64,000 nucleotides of DNA, from the NCBI RefSeq assembly GCF_009914755.1, contig NC_060935.1. One strand, given 5' to 3'. Both the position numbers and the translations under genes were made by a program. Source of the stretch: the human T2T-CHM13v2.0 reference genome, Homo sapiens. The notes beneath the pieces are model-generated. The model saw only the letters and a list, made by a program, of their open reading frames with translations. It searched no databases and was not told the origin of the DNA. Shown here one piece after another: positions 14,518 through 28,446 of this stretch (positions are counted from its first letter, which is position 1; every line of letters starts with the position of its first letter).

Positions 14518-17074
14518 GTAGTGAGAATGAAAGTCAAACAGTAGTGGAATAATGACAGACTTGACGTTGAAAATGTTAAATCAGACCTAGCTTTTAAAAT
14601 TGTGATGATAAAATAGAGAAATAAGAAAACAAATCATTTGAAGGGAGCAAGAATTAAGAAAATAGTATTTTAGAATTTTTTTTATTTTAAGATACAGGTG
14701 ACTGAATCTATAGTTTAAGTGAAATTTGCTGAAGAAATGAGAGAAAAAACATTAAAGCATGTTGAAATGTTTAAACAGGTACTATAAAACATATGGGTTT
14801 AATTCCAAAAGATATTCTGTAGGGAAATTATCTCAGATTTTCCTCAAAGGAAAAATGAATTAAAGAACAATAACTAATGTATAAAATATCTATAAGAAAT
14901 GCTATTTTGAAAAGCTCCTTTACCAGATTATTCATAACATATCTGTTTATCATATGACTGTTTATTAATGTAATTTTGATGACATAAGGGTTTCCTGAAG
15001 TATCAAAACAAATTTCTGCTTGTCGGATTGCCACAGCAGAAAACAAATAATAACATGCATGGACAATACAAATGTTATTTTTATCCTAAAGTAAAGCATG
15101 CCCAAGATATATCTTGTTAAGTACAAAATGTCACAACAATCTAGAATAACAATAAGGATAAGAATCTGTTGAATACTCAGGAAAGAAATATTACTAAATT
15201 CAAAAAGTCAAAGAGGAAATGGCAGCTGAAAGTTTTCTGTAGCTGTGTCCTTATACAAAGCATATTTATTGAAAGGAAAAAAGTTTTGTTTCTGTTTTTT
15301 TAGAAAAAGTGCTTTCCCAAGAGAAAAAGAAGCAGCACAGCTCCTGTACGTCAGGTAAAAAAAGTCAGGAGAAAAAGCTTCAAGATTCACATGATGGGGT
15401 ATTCTTTTACCAAACCAGGAATCAATTGCTTTGGAGAACGGAAATAACATTTTTGAAATCCCTTAACACCAATGATCCCTGTTCTGTGAGGTGCCTTGAT
15501 GCTAATCAGACAGTTGCTCATATCAGTTAAATCATTGAAATGTAATTACCTCTAGTACTCAGTGTTGAGGTATGGAGGTGAGGGAAGCAGGCCTTGAGAA
15601 AAGCCCTTACTGTAGTAGTGTCACTCTTAAGTTGCGTCGCCTTCAGTTATGCCATCCCCATATATTTCCTTTTATCCTCACTACAAAATGAGGACATTGG
15701 CTTTTCTGATTTCCAATGTCCTTCTATTTTTTCATGTTCTATGAGTAAGGAAGATATTTGATTTATTTTTAAGATATTTTATGTGCAATTCTTAAAGTTG
15801 ATATATGGCTTTCTGTTCTAGTGAGATATTAGACTATGAGAATCTGAAAATTCCCTTGAGACGATCAGTACCAAGCCAGAAAAATATAATAGGAAAATTT
15901 ATTTTACATGCATATCTATCTCTCAGAACAGTAAGGCTAATAAGATTCAGAAAGAAAAAATAAATTAAAACAGGAGTACTGATCTAGGAAGCTGGCCTGT
16001 ACCTTACCTTGGCTGTTGGGGTTTTGGTCTCAATAACCTAGGGCATAAGATTTTAAAGTCCATAATGGGGCAGAAATGAAAGACTTGAGCCCACCCAAGG
16101 CTAGGATCAAAATGTCCACATAAATCAAAGACCCTAGAAATCTGTATCATTCATGAATGAGTATAGTAGAAAAACAAAATCCACTACAAGTCAAAGGAAG
16201 ATTTTAGCCTTCAAGACCTGGATAGTAAAATAATTCCCTGAAAAATTAGAAACCTGGTGCTTGCACTCCACATAAGTTTTGTGTTTTGAAATTAAACAAA
16301 GTACTGATTCAGAAAAAGCAAGTGCAAAACCTCTGAAATTAAAACAAACTAAGAATTTCAAGGAACAGATTGATTAGAATAACTGGACCATTGTAAACTA
16401 GGGAGACTGTACAGGAGAATAAGATCGGGGACGTAATGAGGCTCCTTGAGGATCATTTTAAGGAGTTTCATGCTTCAACATGAAAAGGAAAGCAACATTC
16501 AGGAAATACTCCTTTGTTATGTCATTTAATTATAGAAACAGTCTCATACAGTCATTTGTTTTTAAAATAAATAAATAGAGTATTTTGAAAAAGTGCTTCT
16601 GAAGTACAAAGTGGTTAAGTGGTAAATTGAATCACAATCTGATCCCAAATCCAGGTTAATTTCTCTATATTACATGACTTTATTTCTTCTTTCACATAGC
16701 AAGCAAATTAGTCATACCTCCAAATTTAAACTTCAGAATTCTAACTTATTTCAGCTGGATTAGAATTTCTCTTAATTCTTATGCTCTCTTTCTGTACTTG
16801 TCAATGAAAGATCCTTTCACTTTCTTCCTTTATAGTTAAGTCAGTACCTATTGCAAAAGTAGACTTCTTAGCCTATAAGCATTGCATACAGGTGACAAGA
16901 ATTTGCCAACTACAAATGTTAACTGCTTGAAGAGTTGTTTTTCAAATATCTGTTTTTATTGAGGTATTTATTTAGTATTGTTGAGTTCTGCTCTTACATA
17001 ATACTTCGTTTCCAGGTAACACACAGCCCTGCCAAGTATTGGTATCTAGGTAATGCTGACCATTTTAAATGAAC

Positions 17075-19052
17075 GTTTCAATATTGAGTCTACCCATCCA
17101 CGAGCATGGAATGTGTTTCCATTTGTTTGTGTTGTCTATGATTTCTTTCATCAGTGTTTTGCAGTTTTCCTTCTAGAGGTCTTTCACCTCGTTGGTTAGG
17201 TATATTTCTAAGTAATTTATTTTATTTTATTTTTGCAGCTATTTTAAAAGGGGCTGAATTCTTGATTTGATTCTCAGCTTGGTTGCTGTTGGTGTATAGC
17301 AGAGCTACTGATTTGTGTACATTAATTTTGTATAACGAAACTTTGCTGAATTCATTTATCAATTCTAGGAGCTTTTTGGAAGAGTCTTCAGGTTTTTCTA
17401 GGTATATGATCATATTATCAGCAAACAGCAACAGTTTGACTTCCTCTTTACCAATTTGTATGCCCTTTATTTATTTCTCTTGTCTGATTGCTCTGGCTAG
17501 GACTTCCAGTATTATGTTGAATGGAAGGGCGAGAGTGGGCATCTTTGTCTTGTTCCAGTTCTCAGAGGGAATGCTTTTTTCTTTTCTCTTTCAGTATTAT
17601 ATTGACTGTGGGCTTGTCATAGATAGGCTTTTATTACATTGAGGTATGTCTCTTGTATGCCAATTTTGATGAAGGTTTTAATCATAAAGGGATGCTGGAT
17701 TTTGTCAAGTACATTTTCTGCATCTATTGAGATGATCATGTGATTTTTGCTTTTACTTGTGTTTATGTGGTATATCACATTTACTGACTTGTTTACATTA
17801 AACTATCCCTGCATCCCTGGTATGAAACCCACTTGATCACGGTGGATTATCTTTTTGATATGCTGTTTGATTCAGTTAGCTAGTATTTTGTTAAGCATTT
17901 TTGTATCTATGTTCACCAGGGATATTGGTCTGTAGTTTTTTGTTGTTATTGTTATGTTCTTTTCCGGTTTTGGTGTTCGGGTGATACTGTCTTCATAGAA
18001 TGATTTAGGGAGAATTCACTCTTTATCTTGTGGAATAGTGTCAGTAGGATTCATAACAATTCTTTGAACATCGGATAGAATTCAGCTGTGACTGTGTCTG
18101 GTCCAGGACCTTTTTTGTTGTTGTTGGTAATTTCCTTACCATTTCAATGTCGCTGCTTTTTATTGGTCTGTTCAGGCTTTCTAATTCTTCCTGATTTAGT
18201 CTAGGAGGGTTGTGTATTTCCAGGAATTTATCCATCTACTCTAGGTTTTCTAATTTATGTGCATAAAGATGCTCATAGTAGCCTTGAATGATCTTTTGTA
18301 TTTCTGTAGCATCAGTTGTAATATCTCCCATTTCATTTCCAATTGAGCTTATTTGGATTTTCTATCTTCTTTTCTTGGTTAACCTTGCTAATGCTCTATC
18401 AATTTTATTTATCTTTTCAAAGAACAAGCTTTTTGTTTCATTTATCTTTTGTATTTCTTTTGTTTCAATTTCATTTAGTCCTGCTGTGATATTGGTTATT
18501 TCTTTTGCTGGGTTTGGGTTTGTTTTGTTCTTGTTTCTCTAGTTTCTTGAGGTGTGACCTTAGATTGTCTATTTGTGCTTTTTCAGACTTTTTGATGTTA
18601 AAGGTTGTAAACCTTCCTCTTAGCATCACCTTTGCTGAATTCCAGAGGTTTTGATAGGTCGTGTCACTATTATTGTTCAGTTCAAAAAATATTTTAAATT
18701 TCCGTCTTCATTTCATTGTTGATACAATGATCATTCAGGATCAAGTTATTTAATTTGTATGTATTTGCCTGGTTTTGAAGGTTCCTTTTGGAGTTGATTT
18801 CCAATTTTATTCCACTGTGGTCTGAGAGAGTACTTGATATAATTTCAATTTTCTTAAATTTATTAAGATTTGTTTTGTGGCCCATCATATGATCTATCTT
18901 GGAGAAAGGTCCATGTGCTGATGAATAGAATGTATATTCTGTGGTTGTTGGGTTGAAAGTTCTGTAAGTATCTCTTAAGCCCATTTGTTCTAGGGTATAG
19001 TTTAAATCCATTGTTTTTTCATTGACTTTCTGTCTTGATGACCTGTCTAATG
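17075..19052 (-). mobile_element. LINE-1 (L1PB/old L1PA) ORF2 fragment
   Basis: Minus-strand ORFs give RT motif [11 protein letters not shown] (17222-17431) and endonuclease motifs YSSAHGPFSKIDH and SDHSGIKLEIN (18694-19137). Confidence 0.93.
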
Positions 19053-19089
19053 AAAAATAAATTAAATAAATAAAATAAAATAAAATGAA

Positions 19090-19580
19090 TGTTCCTTCCT
19101 CTTTTAGTTTTAGGAAGGGTTTGTATTTAATTGGCAATATTCCTTTCTTAAATGTTTGGCAGAATTCACCAATAAAGTCAGCTAGATTAGAAATTTTCCT
19201 TGTAGAAAAGATTTAAAATTAAAACTCAATTGGTTTAATAAATTTAATGTTACCCAACCAATCTATTTCTTCTTGAATGAACATTAGTAGTTTGTGGTTT
19301 TCAAAGAAGTAGTTCATTTTGTTTAAATTGTCAAATTAGTGGTATACAATAATTCATAATGTCTACTTCTTATCCTTTTGATATCTGTAGGTTCTGTAGT
19401 GATGCTGCTAATTTATTCTTGTTGGTGGTAATTTCTATCTCTTCTAATTTTTTATAACCAGCCTAATTAGACCTTTGTTCATTTTATTTGTCTTTTTTTA
19501 AGAGGCAGCTTTAGTTTACTTGATTGTCTCTATTGTTTTTCCATTATACATTTCAGAAATTTTTGATATTTATTATTATT
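19090..19580 (-). mobile_element. Older L1M fragment
   Basis: aatgttccttcctct...tcttaaatgtttggcagaattcacca...tattgtttttccatt. Confidence 0.65.
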
Positions 19581-20097
19581 ATTACTTGCTGGTCTAGTAT
19601 CTTCTGACAAAATAAGTCACATATTTTAATTAAACAGTGGCATTTTACTTCTGTTCTCATCTTTGACATCATTAAACTGCCATATATTGTTCAAAAATTT
19701 TACATATGGTTTGTTATAGAATCAGGGTGAAATATGAGTAATAAAGACAATGACCTATATCTGCACATGTGGCTAATGAGCACGTAAAATATTGTTAATA
19801 AAACTGAAGAATATAATTTTAAACTTTAATTTAAAATCGGGTATTTGTTTGTTATTGAAAAACTTACAAATATTTTTAGAGCAACTTGGATGTGTGAACG
19901 TAAGTTATTGCCTGTAAAATGTATGAATTCTAAATACACACGAAGTATTTCTGATACTGTCCTATGTCATATGCCTTCAATATATACTCTATAATTACTA
20001 GGTTTTTCTTAACTTTGTATTAAAAAAAATCACATTAACCCACATTCGACTAGCTATAAAGAACTTTGTTTTCTATAGTTTTATACAAAATGATAGA

Positions 20098-20152
20098 GGT
20101 ATGTGTGTGTACTTGTGTATATGTGTGTGTGTGTGTGTGTATATGTGTGTGT
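20098..20152. repeat. Imperfect (TG)n microsatellite
   Basis: gtatgtgtgtgtacttgtgtatatgtgtgtgtgtgtgtgtgtatatgtgtgtg. Confidence 0.9.
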
Positions 20153-20161
20153 TCATGTTTC

Positions 20162-21630
20162 ATATTAGTCAAGATTCAATGAGAAAAAACAGAAACAATG
20201 CTAGTTGTTTTAATAATGTCAGTTGTTTATATAATAATAAATAATAGCTTAAATAGATATTTGAAAATTCAAAAGTGGAAAAAAAACTGAAAATGCCTAG
20301 AGATAGGCATTGGAGGAAGCAGTACCACTCCTAGGACTGGGTAAAAATAACAAAGTAGTAAGAGATATTAGAATCTAATAGTTTTGGGAAGGGCTTCAAA
20401 AACCTGAACTCAGATTTCTGAAGAGGGGACACTGTTTATTTAGTAGTGATATCTCATATCACCTGACATTGAAGGAGGAGCCTCACAGGGCAGTAATTCA
20501 AACTCCTGAGTAGGAGGCTTTAGTCAACTGGTACTGATAGCTCATGAGTATACTAGTGCTCTACAGAACTAGATCTCAGATTTTTGAGCAGAGAGGGATG
20601 TAGGGGTGTGAGGGAATGGGGAATACGGCCTAAAGCATGTTGAAACTTCTTAAGAGGAATGATAATGCTGATTCTTGGTGTGCTGATAAGAAAGCTAGAA
20701 GCTAGACTCTACTGCTCTTCCTAGGGTCAAGAACAGTCACTGAAATAAACAAGAAGGAACAAGTCCTTTGCTGTTCTAGCCTATATGTAGTGTCTATCAG
20801 GGGTTCAACTAGCAAAAGAGAAATGCAGCTTACACATTCTCAGCCCCAGTATCCCAAAGTGGAATGTAGTAGGACATCGTTGGGGCTGGAAACAATAGCT
20901 TAAAAACTGGCACAGTCCACCTCTTGTCTATCAGGCATTGATACACATTTACCCTCCCATACATAGGTAAATTTCACACAATAACAATAACAAACTTAAG
21001 GTATTTTTTTCAAACGAAGATTATTTCATTCTATCTTCATGAAGAGGTAACTAATGTCCCAAAAGCCATTTCTGATTAATTATTCCTTTCTGATTAATAG
21101 CCATATTATCCGTCTCTGGGAGATGTTATATAAACTTCAAATTTTGTCATGGTTTATATAAACATTCTGTACTCTAAAGAGGGAATTATAAGATTAAATA
21201 TCGTTGATCACACATATGAAATAATGAGACATGAAATGTTAATATATAAAAATACTGTATATGTATACACACAGACAGACACAAATTAGGTTATATGTGA
21301 AAACACAGAAGGACCAGGAAAGAAAAGATGCGTAGCTGCTGCAGACCTCATTTTATTTATGTATTTTTTTTACTACCCATTAAATGTTATATTTGCACTC
21401 AGCCAGCATTTCAGCTGGCCAACGCTCTCTACCTATCAAATGACTCAAACTTTCTTTCCCAGAGAATTTGAATTCTGAGTGATTTTCACCTTTCTTTGGT
21501 TACTGTAGTCTTCCATTAAATTATTGAACACAGAAATGCTAAAAATTCCTCAAAGAAGGCCTTGAATTTCATGCATATAGTCTTTCCTGCACTACTATGT
21601 AGCAACACCCCAAAAGTATCTTGAGAATAT
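20162..21630 (-). mobile_element. Ancient LTR plus adjacent internal retroviral sequence (family uncertain)
   Basis: Starts tattagtcaagattcaa; LTR/internal junction-like aactggcaca|gtccacctcttgtc at ~20913. Recognised by resemblance only. Confidence 0.4.
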
Positions 21631-24466
21631 GGATTTTTTTAAAAAAATCATGTTCTTCATAAAACTTAACAATGTGCAATTGTGTTTTGGTGCAAAGTCC
21701 CAAAAGATTGTGCTAATTGATTCCACAACACTTATTTTTATGCCTTTAAATTCATGTTGAAGGTGTGGCATTATGACAATGGAGTGATTGATTGCTATGG
21801 TGAAAGGCGGAAAATTTTCTTCTCAAATGGATTCTATCTGAACACAGATGAGAAACTTTTTTTATGTTTCTTTTAACTATTTATAATTTGAGGAATTATG
21901 ACACCTGATACCTTGAAAGTAGTGAAGGAGAAAAATTGTGTTTCCATATTAGCTATCTATATCAAATCAGGCAAGAACAAAAAAGAAAATTGATTTTTTT
22001 TTTGCTAGAAGCCTGATGGATGTAACAACTTTTCCTCAAAGGAAAAATAAAGGAAATCTCTTATTACCTATATGGCAACATCTGGCCAAATGAAAATGTG
22101 CAAAAAAAAAAAAAGTGAAATAAGTTGGGGCTGTTTCTGGCTCAGTGTGAAGTATGAAAAGATTTTAAAGTTAGGTGTTAGATTGGAAAAAATGAGGATT
22201 TATGATCATCTTCTTTGACACTTTTTATAATGTGCATCATAGAATATATGAGAAAAAATTCCCATGAAATTATGAAGAAACAGATATGATAAGTGGACAG
22301 ATATTGGGTGAATTTAAGAAAAACAAAGTATTTTTATTGTACATTTAATTGTAAACAATGTAAATAGGCACTGGCCTGTTTTCTAAGCCTTTGCATAGGT
22401 TCAACAATACGGCTTTCTTCCTTCCAAAGGCTGACCTATCTATTCCCACTATACAGGGTCAAATCTAATACCAGAGACCAACTATGAGGCTCTGATAAAA
22501 CACCATTCCTTCAGAGCAGAGTGGGGAGCAGCCAGTGCCTTTGCCACCCTCACTCAGCTGGAGTTACTCAATACATTGTTATTATGTCTGTTTCATCTAT
22601 TTTCTAAGTCATACCTACCGGAATAGGTAATCTATTGCAAAAGTATTTCTCAATCCTTGCTGCACGAATCAGTGGGTGTCTTTTTTTAATACCCATGTGC
22701 AAGCCCCAAACACAGAAATTCTGAATTAACAGATATGGAAGTCTGGGCATCAGTATTATAATGGGTTGAGAACCATTGCATTCATGCCCAAAATGAATGA
22801 GTCTAGAATTCGTAACATTTACGTAACCACAGATGCGCTAAAAATGAATTCTAAGAACACGATGACTATAGCACTCTCCTAATCTCTTTTTTTACACAGC
22901 CTAGACATCTTCCTTGCAAGCTTAGCACTTTCCTTCTCATACTGAGAATCAAATTCTACCCTGTTGTGTAGAATACTTGGCTAGAACATTAGTATTTGGC
23001 CTTATTCTTTTTAGTCTTTTTCTCAAGAAGGTTGACACTATTTAAACTTCTATCACTGAGAAAGTAATGCCAAGCAGGCAGACTACCCAAAGCTATAACC
23101 TCAACCACCTGTTTCTGAACAATAGATCTTACGCTAAATTAGGTCCCTTTGGAAATAACATCAAATATTACTACTCTGAAGTAGCGAATGTAGTTAGGTT
23201 AAAAAAATATATCAGAAGTTGGAAAAAATAGGACCAAGAAATAAAATAGTAAGCCAAAGTCAAACCAGAGTTCATAAAATTCCTCGAATGTTCATGTTTA
23301 GACCCCTGGATCCCCTTTCAGAGGCTTACCCTACCTAAAACCAGAATAATATTCTAGGCACAGCTTACTTGTGACCCCACATCTTTCCTTCCAAGCTGGC
23401 ATTCTACCAACTTCCCAGCATATCTGCTGGACAATCATCAATGCATAATGACAGAACCATATGTAACTTCTTAAAAATACATACCACTGTTGTTATACTG
23501 AATCTATCTTAATTTTGATTAATAATGATTCCCTCTTATTTAATTATATTATTCTTTTTAGTTAGGAGTTGATGGGCTTAAGAACCAGATTGGTTCTTAA
23601 GAACATTGTTTTAATTCCTGGCCCTGCCATTTACTATTCATGTAACTTTGGACATGTTATTTCCCAGGGGCTATGTTTTCTCTGATAACAAAAGTTATTC
23701 ACTTGTAGATATTCTTTGGTGGTTAAAAAGAGATTGTATATTTTTAGTTTATCTTCTTTTAATTCAATGGAATGAGCAAATAACTGGGTTAAGGCAAGGA
23801 CGTGTGCAGTAGTTTCTCATCTACTATCAGACAGTTTTATTACCTTAGACAAGTCCCTGAACTTCTACTTCCATTGAGAGTAGCCACTTTGAAGAATAAA
23901 ATGCAAAAAAAAAAAAAAATTAAAAATGAACAAAACCTAAGAGATCTGAGCAACATCATTAAGTATATCAACATATGTGTAACAGAAGTGCTAGAAGGAG
24001 AGAAGAGAGAACTGACTTCTTACCAGAAACTATGAAGGCCAGAAAACAAAGGATTGGCATATTCAAAGTGCTGAAAGAAAATATTGTGACCCCAGATTTC
24101 TATATCTGGCAATGTTATTCTTCAAATATGAAAGAGAAATAAAGAAATTTCCCAATAAATGAAAAACTGAGAGATTGCATTGCTGGTAGACTTCCTCCAA
24201 CCATGCTAAAGGAAGCAGTTCAAGCTGAAAAGAAAGGACACTAAACAGTGACTCATCCACCAGAAAAAGTAAAGAGCACTGTGAAAGATAACTGCATAGA
24301 TAAATTTAAAAGACTACAAAAATGCTCTTTGAGTTTGTAACTTATTTTTTCTATCCTATTTAAAAGAAAATATATAAGGCTATAAATCCAGGTTGGTGGG
24401 CATATAATGTATACAGATAAAATGTGGGACAATAACAGCATAAAAATGAGAGCATGCTCCATATAA

Positions 24467-24766
24467 CAGGGGTCCCCAACCCCTGGGCCATGGGCTGCTA
24501 CTTGTCTGTGGCCTGTTAAGAACCAGGCCACACAGCAGGAGGTGAGTGGTGAAGTGAGTATAACCTGAGCTCTGCCTCCTGTCAGCTAAGCGGCAGGTGA
24601 ACTGGGCATGTGAGGGATCTAGGTTGCACATTCCTTATGAGAATCTAACGCCTGATGATCTGAGATGGAACAGTTTCATCCCAAAACCATCCCTTCAACC
24701 TCCATCCATGAAAATATTATCTTCTATGAAACCAGCCCCTGGCACCAAAAAGGTTGGGAACAGCTA
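24467..24766 (+). mobile_element. MER1B (hAT-Charlie MITE)
   Basis: caggggtccccaaccc...gagggatctaggttgc...gagaatctaacgcctgatgatctgag...caaaaaggttgggaacagct terminal inverted repeats. Confidence 0.88.
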
Positions 24767-25713
24767 GGAATTATGTATTCAACACAAAAGAAGGCAGTAA
24801 TGGAAGAACTGAGGAACAATAAAGAAAGACATAACATGTATAGAAAACAAATAGAAAAATGTCAAGAATAATGACATTTTATCAGCCATTACATGACATA
24901 TAAGTAGATTAAGTTCTGCAATAAAAGGACACAAATTGGCTAACTGGATTTTTTAAAATGACCTCAATATATGTTGTCTACAAGAGACTCACATTAGATG
25001 CACAGATAGGTTGAAAAGAAAAAGATATTTTATGTAAAAAATATTCAAAAGAGAGCTTGAATAGGTATACTAATACCAGACAAAACAGACTTTAAGACAA
25101 AAATTTTAACAAGTGACAAAAGAAGACATAATATAACAATAAAAAGGTCAATTGCTGAAGAAGATACAAGAATTATAAATATGTATGCACTTATCAACAA
25201 AGCCACACAATACATGAAGCAAAAACTGACAAACTGAAGGGAAACATTTGCAAGTCAACTATAATAGAGACTTTTTAATACCCCACTTTCAGTAAGGGAT
25301 AGGACTAGACCAAAAATCAGCAAGAAAAAACTTGCGCAATACTATATGCCAATGAGACCTAACAGATATTTATAGAACACTCTACCCAACAACAGAATGC
25401 ACATTTTTTTCAAGTGCACATGGAGTATTTTCCAGGATTAATTACATGTGAGACCATAAAACAAGTCTCAAAACTTTGAAAAGATTGAAATCATACAAGG
25501 TATATTCTCCAACCACAATGGAAAAAAAATAGAAACTAATAATAAAAAGGAATTTGAAACATTTATGAATATATGGGGAAATTAAGCAACATACTGCTAA
25601 ATAATAGTTGAATTAAAGAAAGAATCACAAGAGATTTAGAAAATGCTTTGAGATAAATTAAAAACAAAATATACCAAAGCCATGGAGAATAGCAAAAGTG
25701 GCAATGACAGAGA

Positions 25714-26012
<299 letters not shown>

Positions 26013-26501
26013 TGAAATTTATGGTTATTAATGACTACATTAAAAAAGGAAATATCACAAATTAATAACATAACCACCAGCCTTAGAAACAAGAAAATAA
26101 AAAATCAAACTAAACTCAAATAAGAAGAAAGAAATAGTAAAGACTCGAGTAGAAATAAGCAAAATAGAGAATACGAACACAGTAGAGAAAATCAATGAAA
26201 CAAAAAGTTGATTCTTTGAAAAGATCAACAAAAATGACAAACATTTAGCTAGACTGGCCAAGAAAAAAAAAAAAAGAAGATTCAAATTACTAAAATCAGG
26301 AATGAAAGAGGGGACATTACTATTGTCTTTACAGGAGAAAAAATTACAAAGGAATACTATAAACAATTGTATGGCAGCAACTGATACTAGATAAAGTAGA
26401 TAAAATAAATTCCTAGAAGCACACAAATTACCAAAACAGACTCAAGAAGAAATAGAAATCTAAACAGACCTGTAGTAAGTAAAGATACAAGCTACTCATC
26501 C

Positions 26502-26544
26502 AAAAAAAAAAAAAAAAAAAAAAAAACAACAACAACAACAACAA
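26502..26544. repeat. Poly-A plus (CAA)n tract inside L1
   Basis: ~25 A followed by caacaacaacaacaacaa. Confidence 0.9.
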
Positions 26545-28029
26545 AGAAAATCTCAGGACAAGATAGCTTAATTAATTGATTTTCTCACATGTTTAAAGAA
26601 CATCAATTAAAGTCTTTCAAAAAAAGTAGAGTAGGAGGGAACATTTCCTGACTTACTCTATGGGGCCAGTATTATCCTGTGAGCAAAGTCAGACAAAACT
26701 ATCACAAGAGAAAACTACAGAACAATAACACTTGCAAATACAAATGGAAAAAAAATTCTAAGCAAAATACTGAAAAACTGCCCAGCAGCATATAAAAATG
26801 TTTATGTCAAAGCCAAATTGGATTTATTTGAGGAATACAAAGGTGGCTCAACATATTAAAATCAATAAATTTATTATACCACATTAATATAATAAAGAGA
26901 AAATAAAATCCCATGGTCATCTCAATAGGTGCAGAAAAAGATAGTACCTTTCATGATTTAAAAAACAAACATGCATCAAGCTAGGAATAAAAAAAGAGCT
27001 TTCTCATTTTGATAAATAACACCTATGAAAAAGCCACAGCTAACACATCATACTCACTTATTAAAAACTGAAAAAAAAAACTCAAATAATTTTCCTAATG
27101 TAAAGAACAAGGCAAAGATGTTTGCTTAGACTACTTCTGTTTCACATTGTATCGAAGGTTTAAGCCAGGGCCATTAGGCATGAAAAAGAATAAAAATTGT
27201 CCACACTGGAAAGGAAAAATTAAAACTATTTCTGCAGATAATAGTGTCTTAAATCATAAAGAAGCTACAAATAAACAGTTTGAATGAGTTTAGAAAAATT
27301 GCAAGATACAAAATCAATATATAAAAATCAGTTGTATTTCTAAACATTAGCAATAAACAAACTGAAAAGGAAATTAAGAAAACAATTTCAGTAATATCAG
27401 AAAGAATAGAATACTTAGGAATAATTTTAACCAAATCAGGGCAAGACTTATATACTGAAAACTATAAAACACTATTGAAAGAAATTAATAAAGATCTGAA
27501 TAAAATAACAGGAAGACCCCCCCTTGTTCACAGATTGGAAGACTTAACTATCATTAACATGACAATACTTTCTAAGTTAGTCTATAAATTCAACACAATC
27601 TCTGTCAAGTGAGAGGAAGTTAAAAGATCATGATTCAAATGCCACAGAGCCTCACTGCTCTTAATGTTGTAGTAGATTTTCTTGAATAAATGTTTCAGCA
27701 TTTGCTGTGTACCCTTAGAATAACTTCTAGAGACTTTAAGTGGGGGAGTATTATTTTTTCATAATTGTTACTAGTTACACTTGTTTTGCAAAGGAGAAGA
27801 TCCGTGAAGCTTCTCCCACTGCCAATCCAGAGGTGGAAATGCAGAAACCCTTTTTAAAAAAAAATTCCTACACTGAATGTAATTTCAATATGTAAAACAG
27901 ATACAAATAGAACTGCTCTAATTGTGATTGGGGTAAAGTCTCCAAAGTCCATTTGGGTGGCAAGTTCTCAAATATTTCACGGACTCCAGATGACTTATTT
28001 ATCAAACCTTGGATTAGATGACAGTATTC

Positions 28030-28446
28030 TTTTTTTTTTACCTTTTAAGTTCAGGGGTACATGTGCAGGTTGATTACATAGGTAAACTAATGTCATGGGA
28101 GTTTGTTGTACACTGTTGGTTGAAGTATAAATTAGTTCAACCCTTGTGGAAGAGAGTGTGGCAATCTCTTGAAGACCTAAAGATGGAAATACCATTCGAC
28201 CCAGCAATTCTATTACTGAGTATATACCCAAAGAAATATAAATCATTCTATTATAAAGAAACATGCATGCATATGTTCATTGTAGCACTATTCACAATAG
28301 CAAAGACATGGAATCAACCTAAATGTTCATCAGTGATAGACTGAATAAAGAAAATGTGGTACACATACACCGTGGAATACTATGCAGCCAAAAAAAAAAA
28401 ACAAACAAACAAACGAGATCATGTCCTTTGCAGGGACATGGATGAG
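28030..28446. mobile_element. 5'-inverted (twin-primed) L1PA insertion
   Basis: Antisense L1 3' end with poly-T (28030-~28110) fused to a sense ORF2 C-terminus/3'UTR segment (HCW..KLVQPLWK, ~28110-28446); TSD cagt(a/g)ttcttt at 28022 and 28447. Confidence 0.85.

Noticed and set aside
17222-19137. ORFs with RT and endonuclease motifs as an active retroelement
   Set aside because: Fragmented, truncated L1 ORF2 with stops and frameshifts.
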